Assembly: GCA_963723455.1 (NCBI GenBank)
Contig: CAVRQM010000004.1
Location: 37,324-101,323 of the forward strand
Length of the DNA: 64,000 bases
Direction: 5' to 3'
Source: an uncultured Pseudomonadota bacterium
Lineage (GTDB): Bacteria > Pseudomonadota > Alphaproteobacteria > Acetobacterales > Acetobacteraceae
The position numbers and the translations under genes were made by a program. A model generated the notes under the pieces. It worked only from the letters and a program-made list of their open reading frames with translations. It did no database searches and was not told the origin of the DNA. This document shows positions 41,356 to 50,350 of this stretch, one piece after another. The number at the start of each line of letters is the position of its first letter. Positions within the stretch are counted from its first letter, which is position 1.

Positions 41356-42378
41356 TCATAGAGGCAGCGCGTGTTCCCGCCCCGCCGGGTCGCGCACCTG
41401 TCCGGCATCCAGATCCGCGTAGCTGTCCAGCAGCGGCACCTTGCCGTGGCCGCCCGGGATGTCGAGCACATAGGTCGGCCAGGCCAGCCCGGTGACGCGG
41501 CCGCGCAGGGCGGTCAGCAGGCGCTGGCCTTCGGCGATCGGCACATGGAAATGCGCCGTGCCGGGCGCGGCGTCGAGCTGATGCAGGTAGTACGGCTTGA
41601 CCCGGGCGGCCACCATCGCGCGCAGCAGCGCCTCCAGCGCCGCCTCGGAATCGTTGACGCCGCGCAGCAGCACCGACTGCCCCAGCACCGGGATCGCCTC
41701 GGCCTGCGCCCGCCGGATCGCCGCGCGCGCGGCCGGGGTGAACTCGCGCGCGTGGTTGGCATGCACCACCAGCCACATCGCGCGCTCGGTGCGCAGCGCC
41801 GCCGCCAGCGCCGGGGTCAGCCGGGCCGGATCGGCCACCGGCACGCGCGAGTGGATGCGGATGGTCTCGACATGGCCGATCGCGGACAGCGCCGCCACGA
41901 TCGCGCCGAGCCGGCGTGGCGACAGCATGAGCGGGTCGCCGCCGGTCAGGATCACCTCGCGGATCGCCGGATGCGCGGCGATCCAGGCATAAGCGGCGTC
42001 CAGCTCCGCCTCGGTCAGCACGCCGCCGTCATGGCCCACATGCTCGCGGCGGAAGCAGAACCGGCAATACACCGGGCAGATCAGCAGCGGCTTCAGCAGC
42101 GCGCGGTCGGCGTAGCGATGCACCACTCCCTTCACCGGCGAGAACGCCGCGTCGCCGATCGGGTCGGCATGTTCGTGCGGGGCGCTCGCCAGCTCGGCCG
42201 GGCTGGGCAGGAACTGGCGGCCGATCGGGTCGTCTGGGCGCTCGATCAGCGCCCGCACGGCGGGCGTCACGGCCACGGCGTAGCGGGCCGCTACCGCGTC
42301 CAGCGCTTGCGCGTCGGAGGCGCGGGCCAATCCGCCGCCGATCAGGGCGCGCACGTCGCGCAGGGTGGGTTCGGGCAT
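41356..42378 (-). CDS. epmB: lysine 2,3-aminomutase-like radical SAM protein (EF-P beta-lysylation, EpmB)
   Basis: 340 aa. Radical SAM cluster motif CPVYCRFCFRR. ILTGGDPL...IRIHSR...HANH...VLLRGVND. Confidence 0.85.
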   Translation of the reverse strand: MPEPTLRDVRALIGGGLARASDAQALDAVAARYAVAVTPAVRALIERPDDPIGRQFLPSPAELASAPHEHADPIGDAAFSPVKGVVHRYADRALLKPLLICPVYCRFCFRREHVGHDGGVLTEAELDAAYAWIAAHPAIREVILTGGDPLMLSPRRLGAIVAALSAIGHVETIRIHSRVPVADPARLTPALAAALRTERAMWLVVHANHAREFTPAARAAIRRAQAEAIPVLGQSVLLRGVNDSEAALEALLRAMVAARVKPYYLHQLDAAPGTAHFHVPIAEGQRLLTALRGRVTGLAWPTYVLDIPGGHGKVPLLDSYADLDAGQVRDPAGREHALPL

Positions 42379-42405
42379 GGCGGGCGTGTTAGGATCCCCG
42401 TTCCC

Positions 42406-43422
42406 ATGCCGCAACCCGCCTGGCACCCGGACAGATTTGCCGCCCGGCTTCCCATCCTGCGCCGCCGCGCCCGGCTGGCGGCCGCCGTGCGAGGGTTTTT
42501 CGACGCGCGCGGCTATCTGGAGATCGAGACGCCCTATGCGGTGGCCGCGCCGGGCGAGGAGGTGCATCTGCGCGCCTTCGCCACCGAACGGATATTCCCC
42601 GACGGCGGGCGCGAACGGCTCTGGCTGCACACCAGCCCGGAGTTCGCCATGAAGCGGCTGTTGGTCGCGGGCGCGGGGCGAATCTTCCAGCTGGCCCGGG
42701 TATGGCGCAACGGCGAAGGCTCCGACCGGCACGCGGCCGAGTTCACCATGCTGGAATGGTATCGCCCTGACGCAACGCTGGCCGACCTGATGGACGAGAC
42801 CGAGGCGCTGTGCCGCGCCGTGCTGCCTCCGGTCGTGGCGATCGGCGACGCGCGCTGCGCGCTGTCCGCCTTTGAGCGATTGACCGTGGCCGAGGCCTTC
42901 CGGCGGTACGCCGGCGCCGACCTGCTGGCCACCGCCGGCGACGCCGCGGCCCTGGCCGCGTCCGCCGGCGAGCGGCTGCGGCCGCGAGAGACCTGGGAGG
43001 ATCTGTTCTTCCGCCTGCTGCTGTCGCGCATCGAGCCGGCGATCGGCCGTGGCCGCCCCACGTTCCTGACCCATTGGCCGGCGGCGCAGGCCGCCCTGGC
43101 GCGGCGCGATCCAGCCGACCCCCGCGTGGCCGAGCGGTTCGAGCTGTTCGCCTGCGGGCTGGAGCTGGCCAATGCCTTCGTCGAACTGACCGACGCCGCC
43201 GAGCAGCGCGCCCGGTTCCTCGCCGATCGCGCCAGCCGGCACGCCCTGTACGGCGGTCCGGACCACGCCGACCAGGACTGGGCGCTGGACGAGGATTTCC
43301 TCGCCGCCCTGGCCCACGGCATGCCGCCGGCCGCCGGGATCGCGCTTGGCTTCGACCGGCTGGCGATGCTGGCCACGGGTGCCGCCGACATCGCCCAGGT
43401 GCTATGGCTGCCGCCACCATGA
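42406..43422 (+). CDS. epmA: EF-P lysine aminoacylase (truncated class II LysRS paralog, EpmA/GenX)
   Basis: 338 aa. RGFFDARGYLEIETP...LHTSPEFAMKRLL..IFQLARVWRNGE.S.RHAAEFTMLEWY...ELANAFVELTD...GMPPAAGIALGFDRL. Divergent from epmB. Confidence 0.85.
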   Translation: MPQPAWHPDRFAARLPILRRRARLAAAVRGFFDARGYLEIETPYAVAAPGEEVHLRAFATERIFPDGGRERLWLHTSPEFAMKRLLVAGAGRIFQLARVWRNGEGSDRHAAEFTMLEWYRPDATLADLMDETEALCRAVLPPVVAIGDARCALSAFERLTVAEAFRRYAGADLLATAGDAAALAASAGERLRPRETWEDLFFRLLLSRIEPAIGRGRPTFLTHWPAAQAALARRDPADPRVAERFELFACGLELANAFVELTDAAEQRARFLADRASRHALYGGPDHADQDWALDEDFLAALAHGMPPAAGIALGFDRLAMLATGAADIAQVLWLPPP

Positions 43423-43787
43423 CGCGCTCGCTGCTGGCCGCCCTGCTGCTGCTGCTCGCCGCCTGCGACCCGTATGCGCTGCAGCGGCGACAGGCCGAGG
43501 CGGCGCGGTTCGTGGGCGCCAGCGAGGCCGACCTGGTGCGCCAGCTCGGCGTGCCGACGCGCAGCTTCGAGGCCGGCGGGCGCCGCTTCCTGGCCTATGA
43601 CCAGGGCCACACCGACATCGTCCCGCCGCTCTATCCCTGGCGCCCGGCATGGCCGTATGGCGGGTTCGGGTTCGGCTATGGCGGCGATTTCCCGGCCCAG
43701 GTCGTCCAGGACGTGTGCGAGACGACGTTCGAGGTCGCGGCCGGCCGGGTCACGGGCTTCACCCTGCGCGGCAACGCCTGCGGCTGA
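43419..43787 (+). CDS. hypothetical lipoprotein
   Basis: Lipobox LLLLAAC. The ATGA overlaps the epmA stop. 122 aa. Confidence 0.6.
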   Translation: MTRSLLAALLLLLAACDPYALQRRQAEAARFVGASEADLVRQLGVPTRSFEAGGRRFLAYDQGHTDIVPPLYPWRPAWPYGGFGFGYGGDFPAQVVQDVCETTFEVAAGRVTGFTLRGNACG

Positions 43788-43907
43788 GACATCACGCCGT
43801 CGTGAGCGCAACGATTGCCCGCCGGCTGCCTGCATCCGATTTGCCGCTCCCGGACTAGAGCGTGTGCAAGGCCGCGCTGGGCGGCCCACTCACACGAGGA
43901 TGACACG

Positions 43908-44507
43908 ATGAAGCTGCGCATTGTCCTGCCGATGATGGCTGCCGCGGGCCTGCTCGCCGCCTGCCAGGCGCCGGCCACCACCTCTGCCCAGATGGCTGCG
44001 GCCGCGCCGGCCCCCGCCATGCCGATGACCGATCCGATGGTTGGCGGGGCGGCGATGTATCCGACTAAGAACATCGTCGAGAATGCGGTCAACTCGAAGG
44101 ACCACACGACGCTGGTGGCCGCGGTCAAGGCGGCGGGGCTGGTCGACACGCTGGAAGGCCCGGGTCCGTTCACCGTGTTCGCGCCGACCAACGAGGCGTT
44201 CGACATGCTGCCGCAGGGCACCGTGGCGACGCTGCTGAAGCCGGCCAACAAGCCCACTTTGGTCAAGATCCTGACCTATCATGTGGTGCCCGGCAAGCTG
44301 GACAGCGCAGCATTGGCGCAGATGATCCAGGCCGGCGGCGGCAAGGCCGTGCTGACCACGGTGGAGGGCGAGCCGCTGATCGCCACCATGCAGGGCAACG
44401 GCATCGCGCTGACCGACACCAAGGGCGGCGTCGCCATGGTGACAACGGCCGACGTGTATCAGAGCAACGGGGTCATCCACGTCATCGACCACGTGCTGAT
44501 GCCGTAA
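43908..44507 (+). CDS. fasciclin (FAS1) domain lipoprotein
   Basis: Lipobox GLLAAC. FAS1 motifs TLVAAVKAAGLVDTLEGPGPFTVFAPTNEAF and NGVIHVIDHVLMP. Confidence 0.9.
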   Translation: MKLRIVLPMMAAAGLLAACQAPATTSAQMAAAAPAPAMPMTDPMVGGAAMYPTKNIVENAVNSKDHTTLVAAVKAAGLVDTLEGPGPFTVFAPTNEAFDMLPQGTVATLLKPANKPTLVKILTYHVVPGKLDSAALAQMIQAGGGKAVLTTVEGEPLIATMQGNGIALTDTKGGVAMVTTADVYQSNGVIHVIDHVLMP

Positions 44508-44512
44508 GAGTC

Positions 44513-44690
44513 CATTGATATTGAGCTTTGGCAGAGCTTTCGTATCATCAGTCTGACGGACGCCCAGCGCAGGAACGCGAGCGCGTTGCGAATTATGCGT
44601 TCCCAGTGCTGGGCGAGACGGGGGCAGCGGTTGAGCGAGGCGATGGTGCGTTGGAGAAGCACCAAGCCATACCCCACATGCCTCCGCTCA
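44513..44690 (-). mobile_element. remnant of the 3' end of an IS5-family transposase gene
   Basis: The minus-strand translation ...LVLLQRTIASLNRCPRLAQHWERIIRNALAFLRWASVRLMIRKLCQ resembles the conserved C-terminus of IS5-family DDE transposases (…ERTFAWLNRCRRLAKDWE…AFL.LASIRLM.R.L). Only about 50 codons survive. Local GC is about 50% against a 70% background. I could not identify inverted repeats. Confidence 0.5.
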
Positions 44691-44695
44691 ACCAG

Positions 44696-44800
44696 CTATC
44701 GGTTCCTCAGCCAATCCCAGACCAGATAGGCGGTGGGTAGTAGAATGATAACAAAGAAAATCCAGTCAAACATCTGAGGCGTGTTGCCGGCCTGTGGCAT
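44696..44800 (-). CDS. 34-aa single-TM mini-protein candidate
   Basis: MPQAGNTPQMFDWIFFVIILLPTAYLVWDWLRNR. The ATG is preceded by GGAGG with a 9-nt spacer. It lies in the low-GC islet. I recognise no family. Confidence 0.3.
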   Translation of the reverse strand: MPQAGNTPQMFDWIFFVIILLPTAYLVWDWLRNR

Positions 44801-44907
44801 TTCAGAAGTCCTCCATCCCATGTGGCCGAAATCTCCCTTGGTCCTGACCACTGACCGGGAGCAAACGCCAAAGTGCATTTCCAGCACCCGAGATCGGTAT
44901 CACGAGT

Positions 44908-44986
44908 GGCGGAGGAGAGAGGATGAGACTCTGGCGTCTGCGGTCCCTCACCCCGGCCCTCTCCCGGAGGGAGAGGGGGAAGCAAG
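44908..44986. repeat. degenerate or partial copy of the palindromic intergenic repeat element, copy 3
   Basis: GTCCCTCACCCCGGCCCTCTCCCGGAGGGAGAGGGGGAAGCAAG matches the left arm of the copies at 7792 and 12631. The upstream GGAGGAGAGAGGATGAGA resembles the right arm. Confidence 0.5.
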
Positions 44987-45631
44987 CTACGCCTCTCGCG
45001 CCGCTTCGATGGCCGTGTTCATGGCGCGCACCCCGGCGGCTGGTCCGTCGGGGTGCGACCACACCGCCCCCACCACCGCCAGGAAATCCGCGCCCGCCCG
45101 AACCAAAGGCGCGCAGTTATCCGCGGTGATGCCGCCGATCGCGACGCAGGGCAGTTCCATCAGCTCCGACCACCAGCTTAGCAACTCCGGGTCCGCCCGC
45201 GTCGGCGCGGCCTTGGTGGCGGTCGGGTGGAATGCGCCGAACGCCACGTAGTCCGCGCCATCCTCGCCGGCCTGCATCGCCAGGTCGCGGCTGTCGTGGC
45301 AGGTGACCCCCAGCATCCGGTCGCCCAGCAGCCGCCGAGCCTCCCGCGCCGGCGTGTCGGTCTGGCCGACATGGGCGCCGTCGCACCCGGTGCTGGCGGC
45401 CAGGTCCGGCCGGTCATTGAGCAGGAATGCCACGCCGCGCCCCTGCGCCGCCGGCCGCAGCGCCTGGATCGCCCGCGCCAGGTCGTCGTCGGGCGCATCC
45501 TTCAGCCGCAACTGCACCGCCGCCACGTCGCCTGCGTCCAGGGCTGCGGCCAGCAGCGCGGGAAACCGGGCCAGGTCGATCGCCGGCGGCGTCACCAGGT
45601 ACAGGCGGCAGCCGGCCGCCGGCCCGCTCAT
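44987..45631 (-). CDS. thiE: thiamine-phosphate synthase
   Basis: 214 aa. LYLVTP...VQLRLKD...LLNDRPDLA...[11 protein letters not shown]...AIGGIT. Confidence 0.9.
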   Translation of the reverse strand: MSGPAAGCRLYLVTPPAIDLARFPALLAAALDAGDVAAVQLRLKDAPDDDLARAIQALRPAAQGRGVAFLLNDRPDLAASTGCDGAHVGQTDTPAREARRLLGDRMLGVTCHDSRDLAMQAGEDGADYVAFGAFHPTATKAAPTRADPELLSWWSELMELPCVAIGGITADNCAPLVRAGADFLAVVGAVWSHPDGPAAGVRAMNTAIEAAREA

Positions 45632-46545
45632 GCGCCCGACTGGAATATCTCGATGATCCGGCCGAGCATGGCCAGCGCCTGATCCTTCGGCCGGGTGAAC
45701 GTGTTGCGGCCGATGATGCTGCCGCTGGCGCCGCCGGCGTGCAGGCCGCGCACCGTCTGGTACACGTCATCGACGCTGCTCTGCGCCTCGCCGCCCGAGA
45801 ACAGCACGACCCGGCGGCCGGCAAAGCAGGACTGCATGATGTGCTCGACCCGCTTCGGCAGCGTGCTGATGTCGATGTGCTCGTAAGCCTTCTTTGCCGC
45901 ATCCAGGCCGAGATGCTGGGTCGGCGGCTTCACCTTGATGATGTTCGCCCCCATCAGCGCCGCCATGTGCGCGGCATAGGCGCAGACGTCCACCGCGGTC
46001 TCGGCGTCCTTGTCCAGCATCGGGCCGCGCGGATAGCTCCACACGACCACCGCCAGGCCCGCCGATTTCGCCTCGCGCGACAGTTCGCGCAGCTCCTCCA
46101 TCTGCTCGAAACAGAAATCGCTGCCCGGATAGATGGTGAAGCCGATCGCGGCGCAGCCCAGCCGGAGCGCGTCGGAGACGCTGGCGGTGACCGCCTGATC
46201 CTTGATCGTGGTCAGGCTGTTGCTGCTGTTCATCTTCAGGATCAGCGGCATCGCGCCGGCGAAGCTGGACGCGCCGACCTCCAGCATCCCGAGCGGCGCC
46301 GCAAAGGCGTTCAGCCCGGCCTCGATCGCCAGCTCGAAATGGTAGCGCGGATCGTAGGCCGGCGGGTTGGCGGCGAAGCTGCGCGCCGGGCCATGCTCGA
46401 AACCCTGATCGACCGGCAGGATCACCAGCTTGCCGGTGCCGCCGAGCTTCCCCTCCATCAGGATGCGCGCCAGGCTGGCCTTGGTGCCGGGGTTGTCGGA
46501 TTCGTACCAGTCGAGGATGCGGCGAACCGGCTCGGTGATGCGCAT
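45628..46545 (-). CDS. class I fructose-bisphosphate aldolase (DeoC/FbaB-type)
   Basis: 305 aa. GGAGGG ribosome-binding site. [14 protein letters not shown]...LILKMNSS...ANIIKVKPP...[11 protein letters not shown]. 4-bp overlap with thiE. Confidence 0.8.
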   Translation of the reverse strand: MRITEPVRRILDWYESDNPGTKASLARILMEGKLGGTGKLVILPVDQGFEHGPARSFAANPPAYDPRYHFELAIEAGLNAFAAPLGMLEVGASSFAGAMPLILKMNSSNSLTTIKDQAVTASVSDALRLGCAAIGFTIYPGSDFCFEQMEELRELSREAKSAGLAVVVWSYPRGPMLDKDAETAVDVCAYAAHMAALMGANIIKVKPPTQHLGLDAAKKAYEHIDISTLPKRVEHIMQSCFAGRRVVLFSGGEAQSSVDDVYQTVRGLHAGGASGSIIGRNTFTRPKDQALAMLGRIIEIFQSGA

Positions 46546-46570
46546 GGGTGCCCTCCGTGTCCTGCCGCGT

Positions 46571-47002
46571 CTAGCGCAGGCGGCCGGGCCTGTCATCCGC
46601 GGCGAGCCACGCCCTCAGGCGATGTGATGCGCCCGGCCTGTTGAGGTCGAGTTCGGCCAGATCCAGCGCGACGGGCCGGGCCGCCAGGATCACCGCGCCG
46701 CATTCCGACGCCGCGCCGGTGACGGCGGCGAAGGCGGGGCAGGCGGCATCCAGCACCAGCGCCGGCTGGCCCCTGCGCAGTGCTGCCATTGCGGCGCCCG
46801 GCGCGTCGGCGCAGTCCAGGATGTCGCGGCACGGCGTGGCGGGATGCCCGGCCCGGCTGGCGGCCAGCATCGCCCGCCACCAGCCGACGCCGCCGTACAC
46901 GGCGGCGCCGCGCCCGGACAGCAGGGTGACGGGGCGCCCCGGGGCGAGGGCCGCGCAGGCGTCGCCCCACCCATGCACCACGACCGCAGGCGGCCACTCC
47001 AT
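46571..47002 (-). CDS. hypothetical protein
   Basis: Start taken at MEWPPAVVVHGWGDACAAL. I recognise no family. The call rests on ORF length and position only. Confidence 0.35.
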   Translation of the reverse strand: MEWPPAVVVHGWGDACAALAPGRPVTLLSGRGAAVYGGVGWWRAMLAASRAGHPATPCRDILDCADAPGAAMAALRRGQPALVLDAACPAFAAVTGAASECGAVILAARPVALDLAELDLNRPGASHRLRAWLAADDRPGRLR

Positions 47003-47062
47003 GCTTGACCTTGAACCGCCGGCCGGGCTGTAACGCAATGCTCACAGGCACCGGAGACCGGA

Positions 47063-47299
47063 TTGCCGGATCAGGACGACGCCTCGGCCGGGAACACCGG
47101 GTGGTCCGGGGAGGACGATCAGGCGGCCGAGCGGCTGGAACGGGCGCTGGAGCGAATCGCCGCATCCGCGCATCGTGCCGCGTCGGGGGCAGGGCGGCGG
47201 AGCAGCGAGCCGATCATGGCCCCCGGTCCGACCCGCGAGGTCGCCGCCCGGCTGGATGCGCTGATCGCCCAGCTGCGGACCGCGCTCGATCGCGACTGA
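47063..47299 (+). CDS. small coiled-coil protein, DUF4164-like (usual neighbour of zapA in alphaproteobacteria)
   Basis: 78 aa with a TTG start. ...AAERLERALERIA...VAARLDALIAQLRTAL. Position just upstream of zapA. Confidence 0.55.
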   Translation: MPDQDDASAGNTGWSGEDDQAAERLERALERIAASAHRAASGAGRRSSEPIMAPGPTREVAARLDALIAQLRTALDRD

Positions 47300-47351
47300 A
47301 CTGCCCGCGAGCCGGGTTTTGGCGACTGACGTCTATGCAGCGGAGGGCGCG

Positions 47352-47711
47352 ATGGCCCAGGTGACGGTCAAGATCAACGGGTACGCCTACACCGTGGGGT
47401 GCGAGGACGGGCAGGAGGAGCACCTGACGGCAATGGCGGCCGAGGTCGAAGGCCGGATCGACAGCATCAAGGCGCTGGGCGGCTCCTCCGGCGAGGCGCG
47501 GCTGCTGGTGCTGGCGTCGCTGCTGATGGCCGACGAACTGCACGACACGCGCCTGGAGATGGAAACGCTGCGCGCGATGGCGCCGCGCGCCGGAGCCAGG
47601 CGGGCCGGGCCGGAGAAGTCGTCCGAGGCCGAATTGGCGCGACGGATCAGTCGCCTCGCGGCGCGGGCCGAACAGATCGCGGCGGAACTCGACCCACCGC
47701 AGCCGGGCTGA
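47352..47711 (+). CDS. zapA: cell division protein ZapA
   Basis: GGAGGG ribosome-binding site. MAQVTVKINGYAYTVGCEDGQEEHLTAMAAEVEGRI...LLVLASLLMADEL. Confidence 0.9.
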   Translation: MAQVTVKINGYAYTVGCEDGQEEHLTAMAAEVEGRIDSIKALGGSSGEARLLVLASLLMADELHDTRLEMETLRAMAPRAGARRAGPEKSSEAELARRISRLAARAEQIAAELDPPQPG

Positions 47712-47760
47712 CCGTCGGGCGGGCCGGGCGCGAGCTTGGGCCCCGGCCCGATGTGCTAGG

Positions 47761-48157
47761 ATGGGCGCCATGCCGGACGACATGTACGATCGAGACGCAC
47801 TGGTATGGTCGGAACAGCAGGCGGTCCTGCTGGCCCGCCTGGCGCGGGGCGAGCGGGTCAATGACGCGATCGACTGGCCGCACGTGATCGAGGAGATCGA
47901 GGACGTGGGCCGGGCCAGCTGACTGGCTGCGAGAGCCTGTCGCGACAGGCGATGGTCCGTCGCGGCTTACGCCATCCATGCGGCAACGGATCGATCTCGA
48001 CGTTCTGTACGCGAAGGCGGTCCGCCAGACGCGCGCCGGAGAGGGGGCCGCCGCGGCTCTCAAGGCGCCGCTGACGTGCCCATTTACCCTGGACGATCTG
48101 CTGGCCGATGACCTCGATGTATCGGCGCTGGTCGCCCGCCTGCGGGCCGCATCTTGA
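47761..48157 (+). pseudogene. DUF29 family protein, frame-broken with a probable internal deletion
   Basis: The N-part [46 protein letters not shown] runs into a TGA at about 47920. The C-part (…DLDVLYAKAVRQTRAGEGAAAALKAPLTCPFTLDDLLADDLD…) is in another frame. The middle of the family fold appears shortened. Confidence 0.7.
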
Positions 48158-48188
48158 AACAACAGCCGCAACCCTGCACCTACCACTA

Positions 48189-48344
48189 GCGGGGCTGCCC
48201 GGTGCGTCAGGCAGCACATCCCCTGGGCCGATAAGCACTCCCACGGGAGCTGGCTCTGTCGCGATCGTGGTCGCGGTATCCGGCGCCCACCTGCGCAAGC
48301 AGGCCTTGGGAGGATGACAAGTCCAACGGCCATGGCGGCTCCGC
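48189..48344 (+). ncRNA. ssrS: 6S RNA candidate
   Basis: It sits between zapA and the 5-formyl-THF cyclo-ligase gene, the classical ssrS position. An 11-bp closing stem pairs GCGGGGCUGCC (48189-48199) with GGCGGCUCCGC (48334-48344). The 5' bubble strand CCCCUGGGCCGAUAAGCACUCCCAC resembles E. coli 6S CCCCUGAGCCGAUAUUUCAUACCAC (recalled). There is an apical imperfect hairpin at 48245-48288 and a 3'-side hairpin CCUGC-GCAA-GCAGG at 48290-48303. The ends are approximate. Confidence 0.6.
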
Positions 48345-48910
48345 ACTTCCCTGATCTCGACTCGGCCAAACGCGCGGCGCGGCTTCGCGCCCTGGCGGCG
48401 CGCGCCGGGTGCGACCCGGCGATGGGCGAGGCGCTGTGCCGCCACGTCCTCGCCTCCGTCTTGCCGCGCGACGGTGCGACGGTTTCCGGCTTCTGGCCGC
48501 TGGGCGCGGAGATCGACATCCGGCCGCTGCTGCAGGCGCTGCACGCGCGCGGCCATCCGGTGCTGCTGCCGGTGACGCCGCGCCGCGGCCTGCCGCTGAG
48601 CTTTCGTCGCTGGAGTCCCGGCACGGCGCTTATCGAGGAGAAGTTCGGCACGCGCTGTCCGCCGCCCGATGCGCCCGAGGGCCGGCCGGACGTCATGTTC
48701 GTGCCGCTGCTGGCGTTCGATCGCACCGGTCGGCGGCTTGGCTACGGCGGCGGGTTCTACGACCGCACGCTTGCCACGCTGCCGCACGCGACCGCCATCG
48801 GCTGCGCCTTCGCCGCACAGGAACTGGACGAAGTGCCGGCGGGAGAGTACGACCGCCGCCTGCACGCCGTCGCCACCGAGCGTGGCGTCATCGTCTGCGA
48901 CCCTCCCTGA
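48314..48910 (+). CDS. 5-formyltetrahydrofolate cyclo-ligase
   Basis: …KRAARLRALAARA...GFWPLGAEIDIRPLL...VLLPV...VPLLAFDRTGRRLGYGGGFYDRTL. The start could be the ATG at 48314 or 48332. Both lie inside the 3' stem of the 6S candidate. Confidence 0.85.
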   Translation: MTSPTAMAAPHFPDLDSAKRAARLRALAARAGCDPAMGEALCRHVLASVLPRDGATVSGFWPLGAEIDIRPLLQALHARGHPVLLPVTPRRGLPLSFRRWSPGTALIEEKFGTRCPPPDAPEGRPDVMFVPLLAFDRTGRRLGYGGGFYDRTLATLPHATAIGCAFAAQELDEVPAGEYDRRLHAVATERGVIVCDPP

Positions 48911-48923
48911 AGAAAAATCCGTC

Positions 48924-49740
48924 ATGCGAATCCTGTTCCTGGGCGACGTCGTCGGCCGTTCCGGCCGCGAGGCCGCTGTCGCCGCCCTGCCCACGCTGCG
49001 CGAGCGGCTGGGCATCCACCTCGCCGTCGTCAACGCCGAGAACGCGAGCCACGGCTTCGGTCTGGGCGCCCGACATGGCCGCGGCCCTGTTCGCCGCCGG
49101 GGCCGATGCGATCACGCTGGGCAACCACGCCTGGGACCGCAAGGAACTGATCGCCTATATCGCGCAGGAGCCGCGGGTCATCCGGCCGCTGAACTTCCCG
49201 CCCGGCACGCCGGGCGGGGGCAGCGTGGTGGCGGCGCTGGCGGATGGCCGGCGCGCGCTGGTGATCAATGCGATGGGGCGGCTGTTCATGGACGCGCTGG
49301 ACTGCCCTTTCCGCGGCACGGCGGTCGAACTGTCGCGGCACCGGATGGGCGGCACCGTCGCCGCCGTGGTGATCGACTTCCACGCCGAGGCGACCAGCGA
49401 GAAGGCCGCCTTCGCCCATTCGTTCGACGGCCAGGCGAGCCTGATCGTCGGCACCCACACGCATGTTCCGACATCGGACCACCAGGTGCTGCCCGGCGGC
49501 ACCGCGTTCCAGTCCGATGCGGGCATGTGCGGCGACTACGACAGCGTGATCGGCATGGCCAAGGACGGCGCTGCCACCCGGTTCTGGAAGAAGATGCCGG
49601 GCGACAAGCTGCAGCCGGCGGAAGGCGTCGCCACCGTGTGCGGCGTGTTCGTCGAGACCGACGACGCCACCGGCCTGGCCCGGCGCATCGAGCCGGTGCG
49701 CCTGGGCGGCCGGCTGTCGCAGGCGATGCCGGCGGTGTAG
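48924..49740 (+). pseudogene. YmdB-like metallophosphoesterase (TIGR00282 family), one frameshift
   Basis: MRILFLGDVVGRSGREAAVAALPTLRERLGIHLAVVNAENASHGFGLG is in one frame. PDMAAALFAAGADAITLGNHAWDRKE...DFHAEATSEK...GTHTHVPTSD... is in the 48409-49740 frame. The join is at about 49063-49072. Confidence 0.8.
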
Positions 49741-49767
49741 CGTCGTCCATCATTCAGGCGGAGCGGG

Positions 49768-50331
49768 TTGATGTCGGAACGGATTGCGAGGCTGGCCCCG
49801 GTGTGTACGTTGCCCGCGACGCTGCTGTGGGCAGTCGGGCTAAGCCTGTTGCTGGCCGTGTCGGCGCATGTCGAGGTGCGGTTCTGGCCGGTGCCGATGA
49901 CCCTGCAGACCCTGGCGGTGCTGGCGATTGGCGGGATGCTCGGGCCGCGTATCGCGCTGTCGGCGATGGCGGTCTATCTGGCGGAGGGCGCGGCCGGCCT
50001 GCCGGTTTTCGCGGGCACTCCGGCGCATGGCCTCGGGGTGGCCTACATGGCGGGGCCGACCGGCGGCTACCTGCTGGGCCTGCTGCTGGCGGCCGGGTTC
50101 GCGGGCTGGGCCGGGCAGCGTCTTGTTGCGCGGCCGGTGTTGCTGGGGCTGGCGATGCTGGGCGCGGTGGCGCTGAACTACCTGCCAGGCGTGGCATGGC
50201 TTTCGACGTTCGTCGGCTGGAGGGAGGCTGTTGCCTCCGGTACGGCGCCGTTCATCGCCGCCGATCTGGTCAAGGCGGCGCTGGCGACCGCGCTGGTGCT
50301 GGCCGCCGCCGGTCGGCTGCGGCGCGGCTGA
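49768..50331 (+). CDS. bioY: biotin transporter BioY
   Basis: 187 aa. [21 protein letters not shown]...[18 protein letters not shown]...[13 protein letters not shown]. Confidence 0.85.
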   Translation: MMSERIARLAPVCTLPATLLWAVGLSLLLAVSAHVEVRFWPVPMTLQTLAVLAIGGMLGPRIALSAMAVYLAEGAAGLPVFAGTPAHGLGVAYMAGPTGGYLLGLLLAAGFAGWAGQRLVARPVLLGLAMLGAVALNYLPGVAWLSTFVGWREAVASGTAPFIAADLVKAALATALVLAAAGRLRRG

Positions 50332-50350
50332 TCGCGGGGGGCGGCCCAGC

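Noticed and set aside
44508-44986. Integrated prophage or genomic island boundary.
   Set aside because: There is no integrase, tRNA, direct repeats or phage genes, only a ~170-bp transposase stub. I treated it as an IS scar.
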